Origin: an uncultured Actinomycetes bacterium
GTDB lineage: Bacteria; Actinomycetota; CALGFH01
Assembly (NCBI GenBank): GCA_937881255.1
Contig: CALGFH010000011.1
Coordinates: forward strand, 1 to 35,483
DNA length: 35,483 nt
Direction: 5' to 3'
Shown one piece after another: positions 34,713 through 35,483 of this stretch. The translations under genes were made by a program, and so were the position numbers. Below the pieces are notes generated by a model that had not been told where the DNA came from, searched no databases, and saw only the letters and a program-made list of their open reading frames with translations. Within the stretch, counting starts at the first letter, position 1, and each line of letters starts with the position of its first letter.

Positions 34713-35483
34713 GTGGACGACCTGCTGCCGATCGGGCGCTTCTCCAGAGCGACCCGGCTGTCGGTGAAGGCGCTGCGCCACTACGACGAGCTCGGCCTGC
34801 TGCGGCCGGCGCACGTCGACCCGTCCTCCGGCTACCGCTACTACCGGCCGGCCCAGGCCAACCAGGCCGAGGCCATCCGCATCCTGCGGTCGGTGGAGAT
34901 GCCGCTGGAGGAGATCGGCGAGCTGCTGGCCTCCGGCGGCGGCGAGCCGGCGGCCGAGCGCCTGCGCCGGCACCGGGAGCGGCTGGAGGCGCGCCTGGCC
35001 GAGCACCGGCGGATGCTCGCGTTCCTCCAACGGCTCCTGGAGAAGGAGGACGTCATGCCGTACGAGGTGACCGTCAAGGAGCTGCCGGCCCAGCCGGTGG
35101 CCGCGACCCGCACCACCAGCAACCTGCGGGAGATCTCGTCCGCGATCAGCGACGGGGTCCACACGATCCTGGCCGAGCTGGGCGCGCGGGGGATCGAGCC
35201 CGCCGGGCCGCTCCAGGTCGTGTACCACGCCACCGAGGTGCTGGACTCCGAGACCAGCGCCCCGATCGAGATCTGCTTCCCGGTGGCGGCCCCGTTCGAG
35301 GGGACGGGCGAGGTCTACGGGACCGAGCTGGCCGGCGGCCCGGCCGCCGTCACCCTCCACCGCGGCCCCTACGCCGAGATCGGCCCCGCCTACCACACCG
35401 TCTCCGGCTGGGTGCAGGACCACGGCCACGAGCTCGCCGGCGGCCCCCGCGAGGTCTACCTCAACGACCCCTCCCAGGTCACC
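34713..35483 (+). CDS. MerR-family regulator with a GyrI-like effector-binding domain; 3' end runs off the window
   Basis: GGGAGGG RBS and GTG 34713. The MerR HTH is IGRFSRATRLSVKALRHYDELGLLRPAHVDPSSGYRYY. A coiled linker and a GyrI-like region (VTVKELPAQPVAATR...) follow. The frame is open to 35483. This ORF is not in the ORF track because it has no stop in the window. Confidence 0.8.
   Translation, partial: MDDLLPIGRFSRATRLSVKALRHYDELGLLRPAHVDPSSGYRYYRPAQANQAEAIRILRSVEMPLEEIGELLASGGGEPAAERLRRHRERLEARLAEHRRMLAFLQRLLEKEDVMPYEVTVKELPAQPVAATRTTSNLREISSAISDGVHTILAELGARGIEPAGPLQVVYHATEVLDSETSAPIEICFPVAAPFEGTGEVYGTELAGGPAAVTLHRGPYAEIGPAYHTVSGWVQDHGHELAGGPREVYLNDPSQVT

Overview
Very GC-rich chromosomal window with Actinomycetota-like gene content (SARP regulator, DUF4193, lnt-ppm1 pair, F420/LLM oxidoreductase, ECF sigmas). 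I support about 33 protein-coding genes. I found no rRNA, tRNA, CRISPR array or recognisable mobile element. Most ORFs in the six-frame track are antisense or out-of-frame artefacts of high-GC DNA, with Arg/Pro/Gly/Ala-rich translations. Real genes were chosen by recognisable catalytic motifs, G/C-ending codons, Shine-Dalgarno sequences and 4-nt start/stop overlaps. Left to right: (1) a 5'-truncated SARP (wHTH+BTAD) regulator, then three 11-bp-phased heptamer repeats, two tandem paralogous orphan proteins of about 145 aa, and a small CxxC protein; (2) a DHA2 MFS exporter and a YjbR-like gene; (3) a nurA-herA-mre11-rad50 operon with a LexA-type GAAC-N4-GTTC box over its 5' end; (4) DUF4193, lnt-ppm1, an AlkD-like gene and otsB; (5) a cNMP-binding protein translationally coupled to a Zn-ribbon/class III cyclase/STAND ATPase/TPR protein; (6) pepA and an orphan gene; (7) a minus-strand string of adenosine deaminase, P450, ureohydrolase, ECF sigma and an MGMT-Ada-Zn fusion; (8) thioesterase, alpha/beta hydrolase, YciI and an ECF42-like sigma, and DUF4126; (9) a frameshifted GGDEF-EAL gene; (10) Lrp/AsnC, a class III aminotransferase, an LLM oxidoreductase and a 3'-truncated MerR/GyrI regulator. 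The best candidates for something undescribed are: the SARP, phased repeats and orphan paralog module; the cNMP-sensor plus STAND-cyclase pair, which resembles a cyclic-nucleotide signalling system; the apparently SOS-controlled archaeal-type end-resection operon; and the ECF sigma coupled to an MGMT-Ada zinc-domain fusion. All family calls come from motif recognition by eye. No database search was run.
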